A stretch of DNA of 63,878 bases, counting the filler, from Collodictyon triciliatum (taxonomy: Eukaryota): the NCBI GenBank assembly GCA_043381765.1. It is 27 parts of 27 records of this genome, joined end to end, with 100 filler letters (N's around TTAATTAATTAA, not from the genome) between each part and the next. Parts side by side here need not be neighbours in the genome. Positions count along the whole stretch, not along the records: positions 29,038 to 31,353 come from JBHJMP010009113.1; positions 31,454 to 33,767 come from JBHJMP010009114.1; positions 33,868 to 36,180 come from JBHJMP010009115.1; positions 36,281 to 38,592 come from JBHJMP010009116.1; positions 38,693 to 41,003 come from JBHJMP010009117.1; positions 41,104 to 43,414 come from JBHJMP010009118.1; positions 43,515 to 45,824 come from JBHJMP010009119.1; 20 more parts are not named here. The stretch is one strand, 5' to 3'. Made by a program: the position numbers and the translations under genes. The notes beneath the pieces were generated by a model. It saw nothing but the letters and a program-made list of their open reading frames with translations, had not been told where the DNA came from and ran no database searches. Positions 29,090-43,680 of this stretch are shown piece after piece (the first letter of the stretch is position 1; each line of letters starts with the position of its first letter).

Positions 29090-31353
29090 ATATCATCAAT
29101 TGGATTGAGAAAAGTGAAACATATATACTTGAACAACTATGTTGAAACATACTATACCGACATTGCATTTACAGCTGGGACGGGAAACGGAATAGAATTA
29201 ATTAAAGCTGCTGTAGGTAGAAAAATAGACTTTGAAACATTTAGAAAACTAAGCAAGAATTTCTATTTGGATGTCATTTTTAATGTCTGGCGCACAGAAA
29301 CCAAAATAAATACGGAACACTAACAGACGACCAGGTGTATAATGAAATGAAAAACGATGCTAGAAAATATTTTAATTTTAAATTTGATACCGTTACAATT
29401 CTATCATTGTTTCAAAAAGCACAGTCGTTTTTGGGACTCAGTAAATTTGAAACTGCAAAAAAAAAAATTGATGCATACTATGAAGGTGTAATGCAAGGGA
29501 AAAAAATTTTAGAAAATGTGGAGGATTACAAAAATCTACGAAAAGAAAAAGAAAATTTTAAAAGAAATAGACTTAACCCGACATCTGGGTTTGTCAGCAG
29601 ACAGGAAAGAAGAGTTGGATAAAATAACAAGTGAAATAGCAAAATGACGAATATCTGTTGGCCCTGAAACGCCATGCAAAGACAAAGACACACCACGACC
29701 AAGTAAAAATATATTAAATTATGTTTACAGTGCAAAAACTGGTTTTTTGGATTCTATAACAGCCGGTGAAAAACAAAAATGTATAGAAAAATTGTGGATT
29801 GAAGTCAAGACTCAAAGTTTATATTGGACTAAGTTACAGTATGATCCAAATGAACCATATATTCATTTAATATATGCTTTTTTATTTGTTTTTAATGTTT
29901 ATGTAATGAGAAGAGAGCCAATAGCTCTACCAATTGTTAATTACACTTTTGTCTGGGATAAAGCAAATAAAGTTTATGTAATAAACTCTGTAAGTCTCGA
30001 TGGTATATATTTGAGAAATGAATTAAATTATTTGACAGCAAAAGGACTACCAGCACAGTATGCCAATTTAAAAGCTACTTTTAGCGATATATCGTTCACT
30101 AACAGACACAAAGAACATTTTTATAATGTTTTTATTGCTGATGCTGGTCGAACTTTTGTAGAACCCACACCAATAGAACTACCTCAACCACAACCTCCCA
30201 AAAAAAGCCAGCTGAATTTAAGCCTACAATAGGAGACAAAAGAATAGAAGCTGACATAGAAGCTGGAAAAATAACTAATATAGAATTATAAACAAAATTA
30301 CAGGGAAATTTACGAGATAAAATTAGTGAAGCTGAAAAACGTGAAAAAGAAAACGATGAAGCAAAAGAAAAATACTATGAAAAATTACTTTTTAAATTAA
30401 ATAGTACATTGATGGCTCGTATTGAAGATGAAACTCGGATAAATCCAACAAATCCAGAATTACCTCAAAGGCCAGTCACCCCTAAACGATTACTAAGTCA
30501 AATTACACCAATATCTGAACGAGAAGCAATTATAAATGACGAGCAACATGATATAGCAAATTTATACAATGAACTAAAAATACAATTTGATAAATTTAAA
30601 GAAATTGTAGGATATTGTGCAGATCCAGAATTGAAAAAACCTGATGTACTTTTTATATGATCAGAAAATTTAAAGCAGAATTGCGTGGTAATGTTGAAAA
30701 TATTCAAGGTCAGTTACCCGAATCAGTGGAAAGACTTATGATATTAGATAAATATGCTAGTTTATCAGCTAAAATAGGAGTTGTTGAAAAAAATATAACG
30801 GACTACAACCTGGAGAAATTTTTATGAATTCAGAAATAGAAAATCTAAAAAAAGACAACACAGATAGATTTGTTGCTCCTCAAACGCCTGTTTCAAAACT
30901 ACGGACGCCGGCAAAAACTCCTATTTCCATTTCTCCGTCACGACCTGAAACAGTTCTAACGCCTGGGCCCTCACCTCAAACAAGTCTAGCTCGAAATTTG
31001 TTTGCCAATGATAATTTAAAAATGGAAGAGTTTTATAATAGAATTTTTGAGACCTATGTTTCGAGATGATTTTAGAACATTTCAAGAAAGACTTTTGCAA
31101 CCAACAGAAAAATCAGGAAATTATTCTCTAGTTATGTTAGCAAATGGTGTGGATCAACTTTGGGATAAATATCTTCAGATTGTCTGGAATACAACTTCAG
31201 AAAAAGACCAAATAGCCAGAACAGAACTTGCTCTTATTCCATCTAGTTATAAAGAAGTAAAATATGGAACACTTGCACAATTTTTAGTTTTAATGGATAC
31301 AGTGCTACGCAAACCATAAAATCAAAGACGCTCAACATTTAGAACAGAATTAA
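29090..31353 (+). pseudogene. Decayed intronless gene (~750 codons visible), paralogue of the ORF at 48233-47025
   Basis: The ORF pieces join into one reading frame through about six 1-nt frameshifts, mostly in A/T runs, plus about three in-frame stops. The 3' ~130 codons match 48233-47840 (PSPQTSLARNLF, KSGNY, MLANGVDQLWDK-LQIVWNT-SEKDQ). Confidence 0.8.
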
Positions 31354-31453
31354 NNNNNNNNNNNNNNNNNNNNNNNNNNNNNNNNNNNNNNNNNNNNTTA
31401 ATTAATTAANNNNNNNNNNNNNNNNNNNNNNNNNNNNNNNNNNNNNNNNNNNN

Positions 31454-33622
31454 TGCATTCTCTTCTGCATTCTCTTCTGCATTCTCTTCTGCATTCTCTT
31501 CTGCATTCTCTTCTGCATTCTCTTCTGCATTCTCTTCTGCATTCTCTTCTGCATTCTCATTTGCACTCTCATTTGCATTCTCGTGATTCTCAGCATGGTT
31601 TTCGTCATCAATGGTTTCATTTAGCTTCTCTTCATCCTCATTAACAGGAGAGTCATCTGCTATTTTATTAGCATGGCTACTTTCGCAATTGCTATCTCCT
31701 GATTTTACATTCTTCAATTCCGCTTCTTCGCTGATGTGTGGTTCCCCATCTTTATTGGAGTAGTCTTGGTTTTCGTCTTGCTCCATGCAAAAATCTTTTT
31801 CTTTAGATAATGACTGCACCGAACCAATGTCTTCTTTGCCCTCTCCGTATTCATTACTGAAGTCCTCTTTTGCACCAGTATCTGTGTTATTCGGCTCGAC
31901 GCATGTTTGGTGTTCATCGTTTCCATTGTGGCTATCTTCATCTGCTTTGATGGGTGAGGTATTTGCAGTTTCTGTGGGATTCATTGATTTTTCATCATCG
32001 ACATCCCTGTTAACATCCTTAGTTTCCTCCTCTTTCAGTGATTCTTCCGTATTTGATGCATTTTCTACATGGGGTTCAAGGCTTGCTTCGTCTTCAATCG
32101 CCTCTTCTGTCATCTGATTCTCGATATTGATAGATTCGATAGTATGGATCTGATAACCATTATTCTGAATGACTTCCTCATTTTTCTGAGTGAGAGTACC
32201 TTTGGCAACCACGTTATCTTCAAATTCACTATCATCTTCTGTTTCGGTATTTTCTATGACTTCCTCATTCGTCTGAGTGGGGGTACCTTTCGTAATCTCG
32301 TTATCTTCAAATTCACTATCATCTTCTGTTTCGGTATTTTCTATGACTTCCGCATTTGCCTGAGTGAGAGTACCTTTCGTAATCTCGTTATCTTCAACTT
32401 CTTCATTTCCATCTTCTGTTTCGGTATTTTTTATGACTTCCTCATTCGTCTGAGTGGGGGTACCTTTCGTAATCACGTTATCTTCAAATTCACTATCATC
32501 TTCTGTTTCGGTATTTTCTATGACTTCCTCATTCGTCTGAGTGAGAGTACCTTTGGTAACCGCGTTATCTTCAACTTCTTCACTATCATCTTCTGTTTCG
32601 GTATTTTCTATGACTTCCTCATTCGTCTGAGTGGGGGTACCTTTCGTAATCTCGTTATCTTCAACTTCTTCATTTCCATCTTCTGTTTCAGTATTTTCTT
32701 TGACTTCCTCATTCGTCTGAGTGAGAGTACCTTTGGTAACCGCATTATCTTCAACTTCTTCACTATCATCTTCTGTTTCGGTATTTTCTATGACTTCCTC
32801 ATTTGCCTGAGTGAGAGTACCTTTGGTTACCACGTTATCTTCAAATTCACTATCATCTTCTGTTTCAGTATTTTCTATGTCTTCATCGTTTGTCTGGGTG
32901 AGAATCTCCTTCTTGACAACTTTATCATCATCATCTTCTTCTTCTGTATTGTTCCCAGTCTCCGCATCGTTTTCATCCGTCTCATCATAATCACTCTCTG
33001 ACAATCGACTTTCAATCTTGACAGGGACCAAGGACACCTCCGCCGAAACCCTTTCAGGTTCATCATCCACAGAGCCATCGCTATCATCATTTCGTCCAGT
33101 CTCCTGAAATGCATCACGAGTCTTTGTAATCTGATTTTCAGCGACCAGGGCGACGCTCTTTGTATCTGTGTCTGTGCTCCCTGGCGATTGCTTCCTATTC
33201 TTTGGTTGCACATGTTCGGCCACAACCAAGTGCTCGCTCTTTTCCTTTTGGGAAGTTGTCTTGGGCTCGTTCCTCGGTAGTTTTTTAGCCTCCGGCTTAG
33301 GTTCGGCATTTGGCTTGGGTTTGCTGGGGATCTTGGCCAGAGGAACACTCTTATTCAACTTCGTGTTAGGCGCAACATGGATGGGATCCGTCACAGCTAA
33401 TGTCTCAGGCTCGGATTCTCTGGCCATCTCCGATGGATACGTCTGATTCAGGGGCTCCAACCGTCTCGGTTTTGCATCTCGGCGATGCGCTGCAGCACGG
33501 ACGACGGCGCAGTTGCGTGCGTATCCCGCATATCGCTGGTACTCTTTTTCGGCTTCGACATGGTCGTAGTGCGACTTTTGGCCTTGTAGGCGTTTGAAGA
33601 GGGACTGTGTAAGAGCAATCAC
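31454..33622 (-). CDS. Large exon encoding a highly acidic repeat protein; its N-terminal segment resembles the C-terminal helix of CFAP97/KIAA1430-type proteins
   Basis: Open frame of more than 720 codons running off the contig end. SLFKRLQGQKSHYDHVEAEKEYQRYAGYARNC resembles the CFAP97 consensus as I recall it. The rest is an E/D/N/T-rich tail. Confidence 0.6.
32163..32905 (-). repeat. Coding minisatellite, 8 full units plus a partial unit of 87-90 bp (LTQTNEEVIENTETEDDSE(E)xEDNxxTKGT)
   Basis: Visible in both the DNA and the translation. Confidence 0.95.
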
Positions 33623-33871
33623 TGAGATGGGTAAATGTATTCGCGTCTTTATTTTACATGTGTGTTTCTGTGTGTTTCTGTGTGTTTCTGTGTGTTTCTG
33701 TGTGTTTCTGTGTGTTTCTGTGTGTTTCTGTGTGTTTCTGTGTGTTTCTGTGTGTTTCTGTGTGTTTNNNNNNNNNNNNNNNNNNNNNNNNNNNNNNNNN
33801 NNNNNNNNNNNTTAATTAATTAANNNNNNNNNNNNNNNNNNNNNNNNNNNNNNNNNNNNNNNNNNNNTGGT

Positions 33872-36180
33872 ATGTTGGAAATGCAAGACAAGAACGAAAT
33901 GGCCCGCAGTATGGACGCCGAGTATATCGCCAAGTTGCGAAATAAAATGTTAGAGTTGACACCTCGCCGCCCTGTGGCACCCGGCCGATTTATAAAACCT
34001 GCTCCGGTTGCGCAAACTCAGGCTGCTACTCAAACCTGGACACCGCTTCATGAAATCAGACGTCGAGAAGACCCTACTACACCCATGAAAAGTGGAGGTT
34101 GGATGATAAATACATCTCCCCGCAAGACAGACCGTGTCCCCCAGCAACTACGAATCGAAGGAGCCGAGTCACAACAAACAGCTGCCACACAGCGATCATT
34201 TACACCTATTAGACCCCCACTTGCACTTGACCAACCAGTGCTTCAACCACCAAGAAGTCCAGCGGCCCAAGAATTTATAGACAATTCAAAAGCCTTGACT
34301 GTCAGGATATCTCAGACGACCAGAAATCTAGCAGTGGCCAAGAGAATGACCCCCGGCAGATTAACAAACACACAAGGAGATTTCCTGGGGGCCCAGCAGC
34401 TGTATATTGAACAACTCCAAAATGAATTGAGACAATTAAGAGGACAATTGAATGGTCAACAACTAGCCATTCGAGACATTGACAAACCTGAAGCGCAGGG
34501 TAATATTGCGCAAGTCAGAAGTAATTTCTTGGCCCTTGAAGATAATCGTGCTGCTAGAGTTCAAGCCTTACAAAGCACAGTAATCGGCACACAATTAGCC
34601 CTCGTTGAAAGACGAGAAGAATTAACTCCTCAAGGCAATCGAGACCTCAATATAATGGAGAAGGCGTTAAGGGAAGCAGCCAACGACCTGGTTAAACTTG
34701 AGAAGCTGAGACTACAACAATTGGAATTCTATATGTCCCTTGATCAAGAGCGACAAGAACAAATCGAAGCACTCAAAGGAGCCGCTCCAAAAGCCCCAAG
34801 TAGGCTAGCCCAGGAAGCAGCTAAAAGAGCAAATGAAGAGCAGGCTAGGAATCAAGAGCTGCGACAACAAATGGCAGATTTACAGGGTCGACTCGATCTA
34901 TTGACACAACAACAACAGCAAACACAAGCTCAACCTACAAGCACAAACCCCGCTGAACTCAGACGACAACAAGAGTTACTCGCACAACAAACTGACCAGA
35001 TAAGAGACCTACAAAGACAACTAAATGAAAAAGAAGTTAAACTTAATGATGGAGTTGCCATTGAAGAAAAATTAAAAGCCGACTTAGAAGCAGCTATTGC
35101 CGCATCCAAGGCCACACCCAAAAGACTGAAACAAGCAATCAACCGCGCTAACGAGGAGCAAGCCAGAAACCAACAACTTCTACGAGAGATTGAAGAAGTA
35201 GGTAGAAAAAGACAAGAAGCAGAAAACAGACTAGAAGCTGTAAAACAAAGGCAAGCTAACAAACCCATAACGGAAGTATCCCCAGAAAAACAAAAACAAG
35301 TTGCTGAAAACCGTAAAAAAAGCATAGAGAATTTAGAAGGGAAACTTGCTCGACGAGAAAAAAAATATCAGGAAACAATAGCTCGATTAGAACAAAGTAA
35401 TCTTAAACTTGTGGAAGAATCAGACGCAGCACTTGCAAGATTACAAGCAGACAGGGAAACAGATGCTCAGACCATACGCAATTTAATGGCACAAACACAG
35501 GCGCAGGGCGAAACAATTCAATTCCAAGCCCGAGAAAGTAAAGAACGAGAACAAGAAATTCAAAGACTCGTTCAGGAAAATATTGACCTACGAGCAAATT
35601 TAGATAGACTGAGAGCACGCCTGAGACAAGGGGGTGCTACTACACCCAGAGAGGGAACCACAACCCCAATACAACCGCCAAATAATCTTCCCGGTACTGG
35701 TATGGGATCACGTTCGCAACAATCATTTACTGCCACTCAACGCGGCGCAGGTATCAATCCAGTTACACCTTCGTTTGTTGGAGCTACACCAAGTATGACA
35801 CCAGTCTTTGCACCAAACAGACCGCAAGTCAGAGATTCCCGAGACACATCCAACGCTAGCAGATTTGCTCAGAAAGTGTCCAGGTTCTTTGAAACAGCCG
35901 CCCCAGGTACCAACAACACCACATTCGCTTTTAATTCTTATGATACATTCTTAAATGCTATGGCAACGTATGGCATCGAAGCAGTTGATTTGACAAGCGA
36001 CACTAGTTATCTCGAAGATATTGTAACTTCATTTTATTCTGGGGGTGTTTCGAGACAGGACCTGAACACACTCATTGCCAGTGCGAGAGCAGCTGGAGCG
36101 TGGCCTCTCAAGTACCAACCAAAGTATGGAGAACAAACAAGTGTCAATACCCGCTCGGTTGCGTTCTTGAACTGGTCACT
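33872..36180 (+). CDS. Intronless ~770-codon ORF, coiled-coil/Q-rich protein of unknown family; truncated at the 3' end and possibly at the 5' end
   Basis: The frame is open across the whole contig. It has an internal repeat RANEEQARNQ (twice) and many S/T-P-x-K/R motifs. Confidence 0.8.
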
Positions 36181-36477
36181 NNNNNNNNNNNNNNNNNNNN
36201 NNNNNNNNNNNNNNNNNNNNNNNNTTAATTAATTAANNNNNNNNNNNNNNNNNNNNNNNNNNNNNNNNNNNNNNNNNNNNTATTATGTATTATTATTATG
36301 TATTATTATTATGTATTATTATTATGTATTATTATTATGTATTATTATTATGTATTATTATTATGTATTGTTATTATGTATTGTTATGTATTGTTATTAT
36401 TTATTTATTATCCCTATTCATGCTGCATCAAGTATGTATTTTAGATTGATGTTTTATAATCCACTTTGAACCGACAG

Positions 36478-38490
36478 TATCAAATCGGTGAACGAAAAAC
36501 TTGGAACGAGCTTTTACGCGCGAGTATTTCAATCTTGTTTAATCCATGCACGTACCTGCGCTGAATATGTAAGTATTTGCAAATGCACCTTGTTATATTG
36601 ATGCATAATACAATTTAATCATGTAGCTGGGACAAGATAAACTTCATGTTAGTGACCACCACCAAATTCCCACCAATGTGCTATTAAGATAATTTTCTGT
36701 CGACATTCAAATATTTAATAGGCAGACAAGGAACTTACGAAACAATATGATAAGCCGATCTACATGGAAATGATGGTGTCAAATCTTCGTAACTACCATT
36801 CTAAGGTCTGATCAACCTGCACAATACTCTTGATATTCTCAACTATTCCTTTAATATGCATGTATTCATTTCAATAAAAGAAAAATAGGATGATACTCGA
36901 GATTTACACACTTCTTAAAAAAAAAAATTTGTTTGTAAAAACACAGCTCAAGGAAATATATCCCAATCATCTGCTTTACTTTATGAACAATCAAATCCGA
37001 TTGCTTTTCAAGGTTGGATAACAAATCATCATATATTTGAAAAAAATAAACAAGAACTTATCTTCGTTTCATAAATATGGAATTAATCGTTTATTTTGTT
37101 TTTTTGTTTTTTTGTTTTGTTTGTTTGTTTGTTTGTTTGTTTGTTTGTTTGTTTGTTTGTTTGTTTGTTTGTTTGTTTGTTTGTTTGTTTGTTTGTTTGT
37201 TTTACTTAGGCGGGCATGTATGAAATGTGTGAACAAGCGTTCAAAAATATCACAGACGCATGCTACAAAGGCGGCGTGGACCATTTACCTCATTCCCAGA
37301 TTACTGAATACTATTATTACCTTGGAAAACTGAGCTGTCTGAACATGAAAGTTGAAGAAGTAATCAATCAACGTCATATATAATTCAATTACCGACCATA
37401 TTGTCTCACATATCGACACAAAATCGGTTTAGGCCGAGAAGCATCTTTACAAGGCATGGAGTCTGTGCCCCCCAAAGTATAAAAAAAATCGAAGGTAAGC
37501 TATCTTTTTCCTTCTCATGAATACTCCATGAGCATAATTTTTTTTATTTTTTTATTTTTTTATGCGATGCAGCTGGCATGAGAGATCGTTTATTCAAGAT
37601 TTTGATTGTAATAGGATGATAATGAATATGCTAGTTCCTTTATGGATATTGAAACAAAAGTATGTGTCGAAGGCTCACTTGAGGGAAAACAACTTGGAAG
37701 TTTTCATCGACCTAATCCACAGTATAAAGTCTGGGAACGTGTCTCGTTTTTCTGAAATTGTGGAGGTGATTATTGAATTATCTTTTTCTTTTAAAAATGT
37801 AGAAAACCATATCCCTATCATTATTATCATAGAGAAAGAAAATGCATGGTATGAAACATCTTAATTTAAAAAAAAAAAAAGAAAACAAATTTTAAATCCG
37901 AATCATCGTTTCAGAGAAATGAAGAGTATTTTATGCGGACGGGAATTTTGCTTACAGTACACGCAACAAAGAAAATAGCCATCCTAAACTTTTTTAAAAG
38001 AGGGTATCAATCCTATGATATTTCTTTTCTCTTGCGATGCCTTCATAATGACACTCAATGGTATTATAAATTTCTTGTTAAAATTCATCACACAATTAGA
38101 TATGAAATCATGAAGTCCATTCCGGGCTACTTGACGAAGCCAGTCCATGTCCACGTCTCGAATTACTTTGAGGTTGGTTGATATGTGCCTCTTTGTTATT
38201 GCCTATCTGACCTTTATTCTGATTTGTATAAAATTCAAAATAACCTTGTTTTTATTATTATGTTAATATTTTCGAAAACAAGTCTGCGTATATGCTGTGA
38301 CGTTATCTTGTCCCACTCCAGTATGAGCTTCTCTTAAAATATTGAGCTGCATCGTAGGCTTTGCGGCAGCACATACCAGATCTTGACCACGACGAACTCG
38401 AATGCTACATCGCAAACCTGATTGCCGAAAAGTACATCCTCGGCTGCATCGATGCTAGGCATAATGTGATGGCTCCGAGCAATATCTGGC
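36478..38490 (+). CDS. PCI-domain protein of the PCID2/Thp1/Csn12 family, multi-exon, partial
   Basis: Peptides: LLYFMNNQIRLLFK, PHSQITEYYYYLGKL, AEKHLYKAWSLCPPKYKKNRR, LVPLWILK, SIKSGNVSRF, LDHDELECYIANLIAEKYILGCI. Confidence 0.8.
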
Positions 38491-38973
38491 TTTTGTTTTT
38501 ATTCTTGTTTTTATTCTTGTTTTTATTCTTGTTTTTATTCTTGTTTTTATTCTTGTTTTTATTCTTGTTTTTATTCTTGTTTTTATTCTTGTNNNNNNNN
38601 NNNNNNNNNNNNNNNNNNNNNNNNNNNNNNNNNNNNTTAATTAATTAANNNNNNNNNNNNNNNNNNNNNNNNNNNNNNNNNNNNNNNNNNNNAAACAAAC
38701 AAACAAACAAACAAACAAACAAACAAACAAACAAACAAACAAACAAACAAACAAACAAACAAACAAACAAACAAACAAACAAACAAACAAACAAACAAAC
38801 AAACAGACAAACAGACAAACAGACAAACAGACAAACAGACAAACAGACAAACAGACAAAAATTTACCCATGAGAAATATATATGAAAAACAAACAGCCAA
38901 TTTCACATTTCACTATCGTTTGAGCCTTAAATATCTACGCATTTGTGGTACACATACTTACGAAATGTATTAG

Positions 38974-40804
<1,831 letters not shown>

Positions 40805-41725
40805 GTTTGTGTTTATACTATACTATTTCTACTTCTGTATTTTCGAGAGCACCTTGCAATAATATTCACTACACGTCTTTGCATTCTCACTCGAACAAAA
40901 GAAAATGAAAAGAAAATGAAAAGAAAATGAAAAGAAAATGAAAAGAAAATGAAAAGAAAATGAAAAGAAAATGAAAAGAAAATGAAAAGAAAATGAAAAG
41001 AAANNNNNNNNNNNNNNNNNNNNNNNNNNNNNNNNNNNNNNNNNNNNTTAATTAATTAANNNNNNNNNNNNNNNNNNNNNNNNNNNNNNNNNNNNNNNNN
41101 NNNTTTTTTGTTTTTTTGTTTTTTTGTTTTTTTGTTTTCTTTGTTTTTTTGTTTTTTGGTTTTTGTTTTTTGTTTTTATTCTCTCGCACTTTCCGTGTCA
41201 AGCTAAAGCCGTCCGGATTTACGGCCGCCTTCCACCCTTTTCCGCATATAGGCTAAATGCGCGGGGTGTTATGCCGGTCAAGTCTTCGCGAGATAAAAGA
41301 GCGCGAATGTGACGTGCGATATCTGGCAAATACTAATTTCATACACATGCACACTTTGTCATGGGTTCTGGGATATCGAGGCCTGTGGGAAAAGAGACAG
41401 GTCTGGAGCAGCCACAGAAGGCCGAAGGCACTTGGCAGTTCAAAAGCCGCCCTTCCTCATGCAAGAGGCGGCGAAGGAAAAAAAGAAAAAGTAAAAGAAA
41501 AAGAAAAAGAAAAAGAAAAAGAACAAAAAGAGAAAGAGAAAAAGAAAAGAGATCGAAATGTACCTCTGTTTGTCCACGCGGGTGGCGGAGCTCGTCGAAG
41601 GCACCCGTAGCCTGGGAACAAACAGTCTGTGATGATGATCTGGTAACTTTTGCGTTTAGAGTGTTGCAGCTGTAAATGAAAGAGTTTTGTGCGAATAGGT
41701 CAGAAAGTAGTTGAGGTCCTTGACG

Positions 41726-42628
41726 ATGAAGACATACAAGATTGTTGTGGTTGGAGCTGGTGGAGTTGGAAAGAGTGCCCTTACCGTGCAATTTGTGCAA
41801 GGATTGTTCGTCGAAAAGGTTTCTTTTTTCTCCTTTTTTTTTCTGTTTCTTTTTTCTATTTTTCTATTTTTCTTTTTTTCTTTTTTTCATTCTTTTCTTT
41901 TTTACTTTTAACAAAAAGATATAATTGCAACTCTTACTCCTCCTAGTATGATCCCACGATCGAAGACAGTTATCGTAAGCAACTGGACATCGATGGAGAA
42001 GCAAGTATGCTTGAAATCCTTGACACTGCTGGGCAGGTTTGATCCACCATTATTGTTCAACATGCATGATAAACTCCCTCCCTCATTTCATAAACGATCT
42101 CCATATACCGTGGTCTTGAAACAACTGACTCCGTCGGGTGGACGTTGTATTTTAGGAGGAACTTACCGCCATGCGAGATCAGTATATGCGAAGTGGACAA
42201 GGCTTTGTCCTTGTCTATAGCATCACATCCACCGCGTCCTTTAACGAGATTGCTGATCTGCGCAACCAGATCTGCCGCGTCAAAGACTCTGACAACGTAC
42301 CGTGGCAAGCCAATTATACTCTTGATCTCTCGTATAATTTCCTATTTGTTTTATTTTGTTTCACTTTTTTTTTCTCTTCCGTCTTATTGTCGCCGCACTT
42401 AAGGTTCCGATTGTGATCGTCGGAAACAAATGCGACTTGGAAGGTGACCGTCAGGTGACTGCTGACAAAGGACGCACACTTGCAAATCAGTTCAAATGTC
42501 CGTTCCTCGAGGCATCTGCAAAGAATCGCGTTAATGTCAATGAAGTCTTTGTTGAGTTGGTTCGTAAGGTCAATGCGTCATCACCAAAGGGTGGCAAGAA
42601 GGAGAAAAAAGGCTGCGTCGTGTGCTAA
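41726..42628 (+). CDS. Rap-like Ras-family small GTPase, complete, 4 exons
   Basis: Exons 41726-41818, 41947-42036, 42156-42296 and 42404-42628 give [41 protein letters not shown] and a C-terminal [10 protein letters not shown] (CaaX-type). Confidence 0.95.
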
Positions 42629-42974
42629 AGGAATCAGAGTGGCATCGGGACTAAAGGATGTTATCAAACTGCAAAACACGAAAAACATCGAGAAGAGAAA
42701 CAATGTTTGCACTCTACCACATATTCCTCATCTCTTTTCCCATTCTTTTGTCTCTTTCCCTCACATGAATATTGAGAAGTGCCGACTACATAAAATACTA
42801 TGTCATCGTATGCTGGACGCTGCTCATATTGCTGTGAATAGTGACGAAACGGAGAAAGGAGTGAACCTATTTTCTTCAAATTTTATATCATCATTTTTCA
42901 TCTCTAGTGCCAACAGAATAATGGAAAACAAGAGGCGAGGTAGGTGCACATGATAGAGAGCAAACGCGAGTAGG

Positions 42975-43414
42975 GGAAGACACTACCGTGGAGAGGGTAG
43001 CACTTGGTAGAAGTCAGTGATAGCGAGTTGGCCAAGTGGGCGTCTCAACTGGTTGGTTGGTTGCGTGGGTAGCAGGGGTTGGATATGCTGTGGGATATAT
43101 CTTATGACACATTCCCACATCTCTCTTCGCTTGCAGTCAGAGTAGCGAAGAATGCGGGCGTGTTTCAGCAGCTGTTCAAGAAGCTTTTTTACACGAGGCT
43201 TTCCAGCCTGGATACATTGATTTCTCGTTCGGGTGAATCATTGGAGCGAGAGAATGCACGCACGCTCCATAAGAACCACAGCATATGTCCCCTTGTGGTT
43301 GTCCAGAGTATTCTAGAGTCGTGGGTCATTTGGTATTGTGGGCCAAACAGGATGTCAGACGCGCTGAGTCGGTTGGGAGCATAATCAAGCTCAGAGAGCA
43401 TCTTGTGGGTAGAC
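42975..43414 (-). mobile_element. Probable decayed 3' end of an L1-like ORF2
   Basis: Intronless, higher-GC stretch at the contig end. It translates to DILFGP...LWTTTRGHMLWFLWSVR, resembling the W-x-x-W-x-x-R motif at L1/Tx1 ORF2 C-termini. Confidence 0.5.
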
Positions 43415-43514
43415 NNNNNNNNNNNNNNNNNNNNNNNNNNNNNNNNNNNNNNNNNNNNTTAATTAATTAANNNNNNNNNNNNNNNNNNNNNNNNNNNNNN
43501 NNNNNNNNNNNNNN

Positions 43515-43585
<71 letters not shown>

Positions 43586-43624
43586 GGTCTTACTTATCGC
43601 AATTTGACTCTAGAAGATTATAAT

Positions 43625-43680
43625 TACCTCAACGTCACTTTGAATCGAATAAAGGGAAAAAAAATACCTCAACATCACTT
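43625..43680 (+). mobile_element. Ultra-short TSD-flanked insertion, copy C (at a DMAP1 splice donor)
   Basis: Insert 43641-43664 TGAATCGAATAAAGGGAAAAAAAA lies between TACCTCAACGTCACTT and TACCTCAACATCACTT. Confidence 0.8.

Noticed and set aside
29090-31353. In-frame stops as possible evidence of an alternative genetic code
   Set aside because: The stops are few, of mixed type (TGA and TAA) and accompanied by many frameshifts. The paralogue has Glu at one of them, and other genes use standard stops.
32069-33001. 310-aa hydrophobic repeat ORF on the + strand
   Set aside because: Antisense shadow of the acidic coding minisatellite on the - strand.
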